NCBI GenBank assembly: GCA_963809205.1
Contig: CAWEIS010000002.1
Coordinates: 50,110-114,109, forward strand
Reading direction: 5' to 3'
DNA from: an uncultured Actinomycetes bacterium
GTDB taxonomy: Bacteria; Actinomycetota; Thermoleophilia; Gaiellales; JAICJC01
Length of the DNA stretch: 64,000 nt
Positions within the stretch are counted from its first letter, which is position 1. The number at the start of each line of letters is the position of its first letter. Position numbers and translations under genes: made by a program. Below, piece by piece: positions 9,634 to 19,056 of this stretch. The notes below the pieces were generated by a model. That model was not told the origin of the DNA, made no database searches, and saw only the letters and a list, made by a program, of their open reading frames with translations.

Positions 9634-9915
9634 ATACCCCGATTCGGCTCCTGGAACGGGGGGTCGGGGCGCGGGAGCCTGGCGCAGTCGACCCGACCCC
9701 ATACCACGCGCGCATGCATAGGGCCGCTCAGACGAAGCAGACGCTCCCCATCTTCCGCCTCGGCTCCTGGAGCGGGGGTCGGGGTGCGGACGCGCCTGGG
9801 ACGACTGCTCCCTCGCGCGCGCACGCACGCATGCATGGCGGCGCCCCAACGAAGCAAAGGCGCCGGACACGTGCTCTCCTCGCGCGCACGCGCGCGGTCG
9901 CTCGGACGAGGTGAA
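9634..9915 (+). repeat. GC-rich intergenic repeat, locus B (2 full head-to-tail copies + 1 copy lacking the 5' hairpin)
   Basis: Units at about 9634-9742 (type I), 9743-9862 (type II middle) and 9863-9915 (3' half only). Lies between convergent genes. Confidence 0.85.
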
Positions 9916-10008
9916 CCCGGACAAGGGGGCAGGCTCGCCGCGGTTGGGGCGAGCGGGTACCTGGTGGCGGCCGGGGTGCCCGGTCGCCACCAGGTTCGTG
10001 TGGTGAGT

Positions 10009-10854
10009 TCAGGTCGGCTTGGGGGTGTTGCGGGTGGCCGCTGCAGCCCCGAAGGCGGCGCCGAGGAGTGCCAGCGCGATTCCGCCGACGACGACGAACG
10101 TCGGCGCGTCGACCGAGCTCGAGTCGTTGCTGGGGTGTGCTCGGGTGGGCAGCACTTCTCGGTAGGAGTCGAGCCGGGCCTGCTCCGCAAGTCGCGCCTC
10201 TCCTGCGGCGGCCGCGGCTGCGGCCTCGCTTGGGTTTGCTCGGGTGGGCAGTCCCCCGCCGTGGCGGGACTCGAGCCGCGCATTTTCTGCAAGTCGCGGC
10301 GGGCTCGCCGCCCCCGCTGCTGCGGCTTCGCTCGGGTTTGCCCGGGTGGCCGGTGCGCCGTCGGTCGACTGGACAGACCCGCTCGTCGAGTTGGCCATGT
10401 CTCGCGCCGAGACGACCGCCGCACCACCGGAGCCACCGGCCGGGCTGTGCCCCTCTGCCGGCATCGCCTGGGCGCCGCCGGCGGCGGCGCCGGTCGTGGC
10501 GACCACGACCGCCAGCACGGCCATCTTCTCGCGCAGTCCGTGAGCCTCGAAGTCGGTGTCGCGGATCGCCTGCTCCAACGCCTCAGCGTCGAAGCGCACC
10601 CGGACGCTGTCGCCTGAGTCCTCCAGCATCCGCTCGAGATCGGCAAGCGTGCAGCCGACGGCGAGCGTGTGGCGGCGGGTCGCGCCGCCATCCACTTCTC
10701 GGGCCTCCAGGTCGAGTAGCAGCTCGACCGGTTCGTCCCCGGAGTCGAGCGCCGTCTCGATGTCAACCCGGCTAAGGTCGATGGCAAGCCCCCGGTCGCC
10801 CGGCACCTCCGATCCACCAGCGAGCGTCAAGCTCAGTGTCGCTTGCTGTGCCAC
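10009..10854 (-). CDS. hypothetical membrane-anchored protein with Ala-rich tandem repeats
   Basis: GTG start at 10854, 6 nt after AAGGAG. 281 aa. Has an internal hydrophobic segment (MAVLAVVVATTGAAAGGA), a C-terminal TM segment (FVVVGGIALALLGAAFGAAAA) and repeated PTRANPSEAAAA..ARLxxxARLxS units. Confidence 0.6.
   Translation of the reverse strand: MAQQATLSLTLAGGSEVPGDRGLAIDLSRVDIETALDSGDEPVELLLDLEAREVDGGATRRHTLAVGCTLADLERMLEDSGDSVRVRFDAEALEQAIRDTDFEAHGLREKMAVLAVVVATTGAAAGGAQAMPAEGHSPAGGSGGAAVVSARDMANSTSGSVQSTDGAPATRANPSEAAAAGAASPPRLAENARLESRHGGGLPTRANPSEAAAAAAAGEARLAEQARLDSYREVLPTRAHPSNDSSSVDAPTFVVVGGIALALLGAAFGAAAATRNTPKPT
10126..10353 (-). repeat. in-frame tandem repeat (about 99-102 nt period, about 2.3 units) inside CDS 10009..10854
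   Basis: TRANPSE occurs at residues 170 and 204, and TRAHPSN at 237. The repeat is equally visible at nucleotide level (gctcgggtgggcag...ctgcggc..). Confidence 0.7.
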
Positions 10855-10955
10855 AGTGGCTCCTTTCGTTCGGGCCGCGGAACGCGGTCATCCACCTATG
10901 TGACGCTTGCAACGTGTCGCCATCTTCCAGATTTGGTCAGGCGATCTGAGAGTCG

Positions 10956-13900
10956 CTATGACTCGGGTGTGGTTAGGCATAGCGCGGCGAGGTCGACGCC
11001 GTAGCCGAAGGGTGGGAAGACCCGGCAGCCGAGCGTTGGTGCGAAGAACTCGCCTTGGACGGTGTTGCCGTATGGGACAACCGGGAAGCGGCTCGTCGTC
11101 AGCCGGTGGGCGAGGGCGGCGGCGGTGGACTGCCGGCTGGGTCCCTGGATCCGGTTCGTGCTGGTGACGTCGTGTCGCACCTGCGCGGGCACCCATCCTG
11201 CCGGTGAGTCGGTGATGAGTAGCTGTCGGAGCCAGCCGGCCGAGTCGGGATAGGGGAAGTCGTAGACACCGGTGTCTAGGATGTCGATCCTGGCTCCGGG
11301 CTTGGCGGCGGTGAATGGGTTGTCTTTGACGATGAGGGTCACGCGGATGCCGATCCGGCCGAGTTGCGCCTTGATCTCGTGCGCCACTTTCGAGCACGGG
11401 TCGCAGTCGTTGAATATCGCCATCACTGCGTCGAACCGCCGGCCGTTCATCAGCGTCTCGGCGCGCTGGAGATCCTGCATCGCCGAGTGTTGTGCTCGAC
11501 TCTGAACTCCCGGAAACATCGGCGGCAAGAGTTGGTCAGAGGGAGCCGCATCCCATACGGCAGCGATGGCGGTGCGATCGATGGCCAGCGCGACGGCGTG
11601 CCGGACGGTTGGGTCGGCGAACGGCTCCCGGCGCGTGTTGAGGGCGAGGGCGCCATCTCCCGGCAGTGGGACGGAGAGGTACTGATCGCGGTTGGCGGTG
11701 GTGGTCCGGTAGCGGGAGGCGATGGTGCCGCTTGGAGCGAGCAGTGGGTCGATCGGTGTTGACCCGTTGTGGCCCGAGGACACGATCCCGTTCCAGTCAC
11801 CGTGCTGAACGTGATCGACTGCGTAGCCGGCGTCCACGCCCTCGCGTAGCGCGATAGCGTCGAGCCTATGTGGCCGGGGCCCGTGGTAGTTCGGGTTTCG
11901 TTTCAGGATGATGTACTTGTCGTTGTTGTAGTCGGCGACGTAGTACGGTCCCGCTGACGGCATGTAGCCCGCGCTCACCGGCCCGGCGCCGCGAAGTGGA
12001 GCCCCTGGGACGAACGGTGTGTCGGTGGGCACCGGACAGAAGAAGGGCATGGCCAGCCGGTGCAGGAAGGTAGGCGAGGGCTGGGTCAGCGTGATCTCGA
12101 GGCGGGATCCGCTGGCGCGAAGGCCAGAGATGTTCGGTGAATGCCCGGACCGGAACGCCTGCTCGCCCTGGATGTCGTCGACGAAGTACGCGCCCGGCTG
12201 GAAGTCTCCGAGCTTCGGGGAGAGTGCCCGCTCGATCGAGTGTCGAAACGTTTCGGCGGTCAACGGCTGGTTGGTGGGCGGCGAGAAGCGGTAGCCGGGG
12301 GATATGGTGAACGTGTACACGCGCCCATCTGGCGAGACGCTTGGCATGGCAGCCGCAACCTCGGGTCGCAGCTGGAGGCCCTCGGGGGCGGGCGCATCCG
12401 GATATCGGAGCAGATTGGCGCAGGTGGCGTAATCGACTTGGAATGCTGCGGCATTCCAGTTGAGTGCAGGCTCGTCTCCCTGACCGAGCGCGCCCTGCTG
12501 GGAGAACAGCCTGACGACGTTGCGGCCAAGCGCGGCGAACCGGCCGTCGATCGTCGGTCCCGAGTCGAGCGATGCCAGCAGAGTGCCAGCGCCGGCAAAG
12601 TGTATGCCTATCGGGTGACCGAAATCTTGCATTGTCCGCTTTCCGCTGATGGCGTTGATCCCCGTCACCGTGCCCACGTCAGTGTTCGAAACCCAGAGCA
12701 CGCCGTCGCTGTAACTTAGGTTGTTTGCGCCGAGGCCGGTGTGATACGTGGCTGCGATCTGTCCGTTCTGGTCGATCTTGTAGACGACGCCTTTGGCGGG
12801 GTCGCTCGTCCATCCGAACCCTCCGCCGGTCACGACGTACTGGCTGGTCGACGTGATGCCCGCCACCGGGGTGACGGTGCTCGTGCTGAGGTCGATCAGG
12901 GAGAGCCCGCCGAAGTCGGCTGCCACAGGAGTCCGTCGGCGTAGGCGATGTCCATGTGGTGCGCGACGTCGTTGAACCGGTGTCGAAGCTTCCCGTCGTG
13001 GGATCGAATGCGACAATCTGCCCGATCCCGACATCGCGGCTGACCCACACCAACCCCTCACCGAGGGCGACCCCCTCAACTGTGCCAGAGTCGCCAACGA
13101 GCTTGTCCAGGTGAAGGCGATCGACCTCCTTACCAAGGTCGATGTCCATTCTCACGAGGTCATGACCACTTCCCGTCCAGAGCGAGTTTCCGTCGACCGC
13201 GTAGGGCTGATACGTCGTGGTGTCAGTGCTTCCGCTGGGCGGTGCGAACTGGGTCAACACCTTCCCAGAAGCGGGATCGATCTCGACGTAGGACGAGGGA
13301 GTGAAATTCATCACCCAGATGTGGCCGCCGGCGAACACTGGAAAGGCCGGTCTGGCGATCTCCGAAGGCGATATGAACCCGACCTGGTGGCGGCTCTTGA
13401 TGTCCAAAAGGACAACACCTGGCCGGAACGAGGAGGCCGTTTTGCCGCCGCCCAGCGCGACGGACAGCAGAATGGCCACTCCGGCAACGATGGCAGCGGC
13501 ACCGGCCAGGGGAACCCAGCGGCGACCCTGCGTGCGTCGCCGTAGCCGGCGGACCAGGGCATCGCCGCGCTGATGAGGAACGACCTCGACCACGCGAACG
13601 GGATGGTCGATGCCCTTCAGCCGTTCCAGGCGGCCCTGCAGGTAACGGATGCCCTCGACCTTGCGCGCCAGGTGCATGACGCCTTCCGAGGCGAGCACCT
13701 CGCCCGGCGCTGCCAGCGCGCACAGCCGCGACGCCACGTTCAGCGCACCACCGCGATAGCCCGTACCGACCGGAACCGCCTCACCTGCATCCAGCCCAAT
13801 GCCGACACCCCGTGCTAACCCGGACTCGGCCACGCACATCTGGATGTCCATCGCAGCCAGGAGTGCCGCGCGCGCCGATTCGAACACCACCAGCGCCTCG

Positions 13901-14922
13901 TCGCCACGCAACTGGATCGAACGCCCATCGTGGCGCTTGACCACGCCCTCCACCAGCGTCGCGAACTCGCGCGCCAGCTCGGCGCCCGCCTCGTCACCGC
14001 GCTCGTTGGTGTATTTCGTATAGCCGCGGATGTCGACGAACAGGAACGTCCGCACCTGCGCTTGGCGCGGCTGCGCCGTGAACTCGTTACCCCCGACCGA
14101 GGCACGGGCATCCTCGATGAAGCCGCTGCAGGTGGAGTAGCGGTCGTCAGGATTCTTCGCCAGCGCACCCTCGATCACACCATCGATGGAGGATGGCAAG
14201 TCTGGTCGCAACGCGGACAACGATGGCGGCGGCTCCTTCAAGTGGCCGAACACCGTCACCAGATCGGTCTCACGCTGAAACGGTGGCCGGCCGGTGAGAC
14301 ACTCGAACAGCACGCAGCCAAGCGCATAGACGTCGCAGCGGCCGTCCACCTCGCCGCCCTGGATCTGCTCCGGAGCGATGTAGTCGATCGTCCCGGAAAA
14401 CGCGCTGTCCCGACTCAGGCTACTGACCGTTGCCGCGTGCTTCGCCAATCCGAAATCCGACAGATACGCCCGGTCGCCCGCCAGCAGAATGTTCGCCGGC
14501 TTCACATCCCGATGCACCAACCCCTCAGCGTGCGCTGCATCCAGCGCCTCCGCGATCTGGCCCAACAGCGCAATCGCCCGCTCCGGCTCGAGCCGCCCCT
14601 CGCGCACGATCAGCTCGCGCAGATCACCGCCATCGACGAATCGCATCGCGAGATACAGCAGCCCATCCGCCTCGCCGGCTCCATAGATCGGCACGATCGC
14701 CGGATGCTCCAGCCCCGCCGCCAGCTGGGACTCACGCACGAACCGGGCCCGGAAGCGCGCATCCTGCGCCAACCCAGGCGGCAACAACTTCAACGCGACC
14801 GGCCGATTCAGGTGCTCGTCCCGAGCCAGATACACAACCCCGGCGGCCCCGCTCCCGAGCAATCGCTCGACCCGGTAACCCGCCACGCTTGTCCCAATCG
14901 GCACGTCCAGCGGCATAGGCAC
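10956..14922 (-). pseudogene. Ser/Thr protein kinase - cyclase (CHD) - TM - beta-propeller - family-5 solute-binding-protein fusion, interrupted by two 1-nt frameshifts
   Basis: ORF 12679..14922 encodes four modules:
- Kinase: GSGAAGVVYLA..HRDVKPANILL..DFGLA.
- CHD: FLFVDIRGYTKYT.
- TM segment: WVPLAGAAAIVAGVAILLSVAL.
- Propeller repeats.

Its last ~100 aa are Arg/Pro junk. ORF 10956..13136 begins as junk, then continues the propeller repeats and a peptide/nickel SBP-like domain. A third frame bridges them with KLRHRFNDVAHHMDIAYADGLLW (about 12925-12989). Confidence 0.75.
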
Positions 14923-14981
14923 TTCTACAACCCGAGGCCACGCCAGTCAACGATCTTCCGGTCAGTCACGCCGATCAGCTG

Positions 14982-15093
14982 CCCCGTCCCCCCTAGGCTC
15001 CTGAGCCGGGGGGTGGGGGTGGGGAGCCCGGCACAGTCCACCCGATCCTTACACGGGCGCACGCATAGGGCTGCTCAGACGAGGCGAAGGGGG
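14982..15093 (+). repeat. GC-rich intergenic repeat, locus C (1 copy, type I)
   Basis: ccccgtcccccctaggctcctgagccggggggtgggggtggggagcccggcacagtccacccgatcc..gcgcacgcatagggctgctcagacgaggcgaaggg. Lies in the divergent region between the kinase pseudogene and the Rieske gene. Confidence 0.85.
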
Positions 15094-15187
15094 TCTCGAG
15101 CGAGGCAATCCGGTCGAGCTCTTGGGTCGTATGCCGGGTATTCCGCCGCGGTCTCGGGTGTGGATGATGTGCGGTTAGGAGGATTCG

Positions 15188-15898
15188 GTGGCTGCCGGCC
15201 CGACCCAAGGACAACGCTCGCACGAGGACGCCGCTCGCCAGGTGCCCGACTCGGGCGTCACGCGTGAGCGGTTCCTGAGCCTCTCCTCGGTTGGACTGGG
15301 GGCGGCCATCGGTGCTGTCATTGGGGTGCCTGCCGCCGCTTATGTGCTGGCACCGGTGACCGAGGAGGTGACGTTTGAGCCGGTGTTCCTGGGCACGACG
15401 GACAGCTTCCCGGCGCCGCCTGCCGGCCAGTTCAAGGCGATCGCGGCCCAGTACATCGAGACGAAGGCAGAGCCCGCCACGAGCTCGGGTCTGGCGTGGG
15501 TCGTGAACACCGGCAAGACCAACGCAGACTGGCTGGCGCCCGACACCATGTTCATCGTCTTTTCGAACCGCTGCACCCACGTCGGCTGCCCGGTCGCGGC
15601 GACCGGAGTCGGCTTCTCGTGCCCCTGCCACGGAAGCCAGTTCGACCAACACGGAGCACGCATCGCTGGTCCCGCCATCCGTCCCCTCGACCGGTTCCAG
15701 TGGCAGATTCGAAACTCAAACGAGTTGTGGATCACGCAGCGCTGGAGCGTCGACTTCGTGAACGGCAAGCTGACCTACTACCCGGTCAAGATGCCGGGTC
15801 AGCCGGTCCACACACCCGGCCCATGGGGCGACACGGTCCCAGACATCCTCTACCCGAACGTGACCTACACCCACGGCGCCGTCCCCAACGCCAAGTAA
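15188..15898 (+). CDS. Rieske [2Fe-2S] protein (bc/b6f-type quinol-cytochrome c reductase iron-sulfur subunit-like)
   Basis: GTG start 6 nt after AGGAGG. Both cluster-binding boxes are present: CTHVGCPV and CPCHGSQFD. The N-terminus has a hydrophobic anchor / possibly Tat-like signal (TRERFLSLSSVGLGAAIGAVIGVPAAAYV). Confidence 0.85.
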   Translation: MAAGPTQGQRSHEDAARQVPDSGVTRERFLSLSSVGLGAAIGAVIGVPAAAYVLAPVTEEVTFEPVFLGTTDSFPAPPAGQFKAIAAQYIETKAEPATSSGLAWVVNTGKTNADWLAPDTMFIVFSNRCTHVGCPVAATGVGFSCPCHGSQFDQHGARIAGPAIRPLDRFQWQIRNSNELWITQRWSVDFVNGKLTYYPVKMPGQPVHTPGPWGDTVPDILYPNVTYTHGAVPNAK

Positions 15899-16388
15899 GC
15901 CAGCGCACGCACCCGCTCGGACGAGAAGGACGCAGTCTTCCCCCGGGGAGCTCTTAGCTTGATGATGATGCCCGACACGGGGGAGGGCACCGACGCGTCT
16001 GGCTGAGATCCCAGTTCCCCGCCCATGCCGGTCGATCCCGGCATGCTTGTCGGCGTCCCCGCCGCTCGTCAGCCGTTGGGACGAGGTGGGCGAGGTGTCT
16101 GTCCACTCCCGGGTTGGTGGTGCCAGGTCACCTGTCGTGCTGGTGCACGGATACGCCGTGTCGGGCCGCTAGCTGCTTCCGCTCGCGAGTGTTATCGCGG
16201 CGCGATGCGCCACGTACGTCCCCGACTTGCCTGGCCGCGGCCGGCGAGGCCGGGCGGCCGCTGCGACGGGTATCGGGGCGGGCCTATTTGACCGTTTCTG
16301 TGCCGCGGAGTAGCGTGGCGTGGCCCTCTGGGGCATGCATTCCACAATGCGAACATCCAGGCTCGGGCCGGGTGAGTAAGGGGGAAGG

Positions 16389-17387
16389 ATGCGACATCTG
16401 ATGGCGACTGTGCTGGCGGTGACGCTGCTGGCGTTGGCGGGGGGGTCTGCTGCTGCGGCGGACGTGGAGGGTGTGCCTGACCTGACCGGGACGCATGTGT
16501 ATCTGATCATCGGTGAGAACACCGAGCTGACTCAGTTGAACAAGAACAACGCTCCGTATCTGCTGGGCACGCTGAAGCCGCAGAGCGCGTGGCTGGCAAA
16601 CTACTTCGCGCTGACTCATTTCTCCGAGGCGAACTATGTCGGCATGATGGCCGGCCAGTTCAACCGCTGCCAGCAGTTCGACGGCTCGGCCGCTTCCTGT
16701 CACGTGGCCTGGGACAACCTGTTCCATCAGCTGGACAACGCCGCAACTCGGGTGACGTGGCAGAGCTGGATGGAGTCGATGCCGTCGCCGTGCGCGCTCA
16801 CGAGTTCGGGCGCAGCGAAGACTCAAGACCACTATGGCGCCAAGCACAACCCGGCGATTTTCTTCGACAACATTGAGGGCACGGGCGGCGTCTGGTCGAC
16901 CACGCCGGGCCCCGAGTGCGTCGCTAACGACCTGCCTGCGGGACAAACTGACCCAGTGCTTCCCAACGACATGAGCGTGTTCAATGCGGCCGTCGACGAT
17001 GGCCAGACGGCCCAGTTCAACCTCGTGGTGCCGAACGAGTGCGAGGACGCGCACGACAACTGTCCGCCGGCGAAGACCGCCATCGCGCAGTTCGACGCCT
17101 TCCTCCAACGCGAGGTGCCGGTGATTCAGAACGCCGACCACAACGCACTGATCATCATCACCTTCGACGAGGGCACCTCCAACAAGGGCCCGGCCAGTTC
17201 GAAGCAGTTCTCAGGCGGCGGCAACATCGCCTTCCTAGCGCTCGGCCCACAGGTCGCACCGGGCGTTTACGACGCGCCCTCGAACCACTACGGGCTGCTA
17301 CGAACGCTCGAAGACGGGTATGGCGGACTGCCCCATCTAGCGAACGCCCAGACCGCGCCCACGATCGACGAAATCTGGCAGCCCTAG
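16389..17387 (+). CDS. secreted phosphoesterase-family protein (acid phosphatase / phospholipase C-like)
   Basis: ATG follows GGGGGAAGG. Signal peptide MRHLMATVLAVTLLALAGGSAAAA. The N-terminal region VYLIIGENTELTQL..NAPYL..NYFALTHFSEANYVGMMAGQ resembles the phosphoesterase family. Family call made by eye. Confidence 0.6.
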   Translation: MRHLMATVLAVTLLALAGGSAAAADVEGVPDLTGTHVYLIIGENTELTQLNKNNAPYLLGTLKPQSAWLANYFALTHFSEANYVGMMAGQFNRCQQFDGSAASCHVAWDNLFHQLDNAATRVTWQSWMESMPSPCALTSSGAAKTQDHYGAKHNPAIFFDNIEGTGGVWSTTPGPECVANDLPAGQTDPVLPNDMSVFNAAVDDGQTAQFNLVVPNECEDAHDNCPPAKTAIAQFDAFLQREVPVIQNADHNALIIITFDEGTSNKGPASSKQFSGGGNIAFLALGPQVAPGVYDAPSNHYGLLRTLEDGYGGLPHLANAQTAPTIDEIWQP

Positions 17388-17423
17388 AACTCGAACTGGA
17401 TCGCTACCCCGGGACAGAATCGA

Positions 17424-17766
17424 CCGCGCCTCGGCTCCTGGAGCCGGGGGGTCGGGGTGCGGAGCTTGGCACAGCCGACCCGATCCCCTACCAAGCGCGC
17501 ATGCATAGCGCCGCTTCCGCTCCGACTTGCCTTCCGATCCCCGTCCCCGCTTCGGCTCCTAGAGCCGGGGTGGGGGTGCGCAGCCTGGCACAGTCGACCC
17601 GATCCCCTACACGTACGCACGCATAGGGCCGCCCACACGAGGCGAAGGCATCCCCATCCCCAGATACGACTCTCACTGCGGTGGGTGGGGGCGCGGAGCC
17701 TGGCGCAGTCCACCCGATCCCATACCACGCGCGCATGCATAGAGCCGCCCACACGAGGCGACGGGG
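17424..17766 (+). repeat. GC-rich intergenic repeat, locus D (3 head-to-tail copies)
   Basis: Units at about 17424-17535, 17536-17650 and 17651-17766. The third has a diverged 5' hairpin. All share ..gcggagcctggc[ag]cagtc[gc]acccgatccc..acgcgcgcatgcatag[ag]gccgcccacacgaggcga... Confidence 0.9.
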
Positions 17767-17840
17767 TCGGAGAAGGATGCAGGAAGTCGGGCGCCGGTCG
17801 CTGGCTATCCTCGCTCGATGCTGTGGCAGAAGGGGAGCGC

Positions 17841-18932
17841 GTGATCTCTTCGATCCCACACCGCTTGGCGGCGCATCTGCGACGGCGGGCGAAGGCGCTT
17901 CGTCAGGGGGTGGTTCCGATCGCGCAGATGGCGGTCGCGGTCGGCGTCTCTTGGTGGGTGGCGAACGACGTGTTTGGCCATACGAACTCATACTTCGCGC
18001 CGATCGCGGCGGCGATCGTGCTTCGCGTCGCGCCCGGCCAGCGAACTCGACGTGCGCTTGAGATGGTGGCGGGAATCACGGTTGGCATCGCCGTAGGCGA
18101 CCTGCTCGTCCGCGAGATCGGCGTCGGCGCGTGGCAGATCTCCTTGATCGTGACGCTCGCCGTTTGCGTTGCGGTGCTGCTCGGCGCCGGAAACCTGATC
18201 GCGTCACAGGCGGCCGCGACAGCGGTCTTGGTCGCGGCGCTGCCGGCGGCGGATGCGTCCTACACCCGCTTCACCGACGCGCTGATCGGCGGTGTGATCG
18301 GCTTGCTGGTGGTTTTCGCCGTTCCGCGGAGCCCGCTTGCGCCGCTTCGTCGGATGGTCAAGCCGTTTCTGACCGAGACGGCGACGGCGCTCGCCGCTTC
18401 CGCGGACGCGCTCGAAACGCGGGACGCTGATGCGGCCTCGGACGCGCTTCACCAGGCCTACGACATTGGCCAGCTCGGCCACCCCTACAACCTGCTCCTG
18501 CAGCAGGGTCAGGAGACGGCGCGCTTATCCCCGATCCGCTGGAACCAGCTTCCTGTGGTCGACCGCTATATCCAGGCGGCGCCGCACATCGATGCGCTCG
18601 CCCGAGACGCGCGGGTCGTGTGCCGGTCTGTCCGCTCCGCGATCGAGACGGATCAGGACGTGCCGGCGGCACTGCCCGAAGCGATCCGACGGCTCGCCTC
18701 CGCGATCAACGACTTGCCAGAGCTTCTCGCAGGCGACGAGGACGACGGCGAGCTGATCAGCCGCGCGCTCGGCGCCGCTGCGGCCGCCGGCGAGCGCTTC
18801 GACGCCGATCTGGGACTTCCCGCCGACGTCATCGTCAGCCAGGTGCGAGCAGGTGCTGTTGACCTACTCCGAGCGCTCGGCGTGGAACGAACCGACGCCG
18901 ACTCGCACGTCCGCGCCGCCGGCGGCCAGTAA
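17841..18932 (+). CDS. FUSC / aromatic acid exporter (ArAE)-family membrane protein
   Basis: GTG at 17841 after GAAGGGGAG. The upstream part of ORF 17457..18932 is only translated repeat sequence. N-terminal TM region: IAQMAVAVGVSWWVANDVF..YFAPIAAAIVL..RALEMVAGITVGIAVG. The C-terminal half is soluble and helical. Confidence 0.65.
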   Translation: MISSIPHRLAAHLRRRAKALRQGVVPIAQMAVAVGVSWWVANDVFGHTNSYFAPIAAAIVLRVAPGQRTRRALEMVAGITVGIAVGDLLVREIGVGAWQISLIVTLAVCVAVLLGAGNLIASQAAATAVLVAALPAADASYTRFTDALIGGVIGLLVVFAVPRSPLAPLRRMVKPFLTETATALAASADALETRDADAASDALHQAYDIGQLGHPYNLLLQQGQETARLSPIRWNQLPVVDRYIQAAPHIDALARDARVVCRSVRSAIETDQDVPAALPEAIRRLASAINDLPELLAGDEDDGELISRALGAAAAAGERFDADLGLPADVIVSQVRAGAVDLLRALGVERTDADSHVRAAGGQ

Positions 18933-18933
18933 G

Positions 18934-19056
18934 GCAGGCATCTCGCCGGCCGCCGATCGGCTCGAGCAGGACGCGGCGCGCCTGCAGGAGCAGTTCAACC
19001 GCGGCTTCTGGATCCCTGAGCGTGGCTACTTCGCGGTCGCCCTCGACGGCAACTAG
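18934..19056 (+). pseudogene. internal fragment resembling an amylo-alpha-1,6-glucosidase / glycogen-debranching-family gene
   Basis: Encodes ..AADRLEQDAARLQEQFNRGFWIPERGYFAVALDGN-stop. This resembles a mid-protein motif of that family. There is no start or upstream body, and it ends exactly where a 5'-truncated repeat copy begins. Confidence 0.3.

Noticed and set aside
9606-10817. 403-aa minus-strand ORF, and similar ORFs at 9622..9990, 17384..17752, 17488..17991, 18835..19116, 19135..19446 and 23057..23329, as protein genes
   Set aside because: - They are read through the GC-rich repeats or antisense to the better-supported gene 10009..10854.
- Their products are Arg/Pro/Ala/Ser-rich low-complexity strings.
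- The recurring ..HARVVWDRVDCARL.. peptide is just the repeat translated.
12880-13020. Programmed ribosomal frameshifting in the kinase-cyclase-SBP gene
   Set aside because: - Two shifts in the same direction within ~68 nt would be required.
- Neither site has an X-XXY-YYZ slippery heptamer or an obvious downstream stimulatory structure.

Simple 1-nt deletions or assembly errors are the more economical explanation.
15898-16389. ORFs 16025..16291 and 16114..16401 in the gap between the Rieske and phosphoesterase genes
   Set aside because: They overlap each other, have Arg/Pro/Cys-rich composition, no ribosome-binding site and no motifs. The region is more likely a promoter or leader for the phosphoesterase gene.
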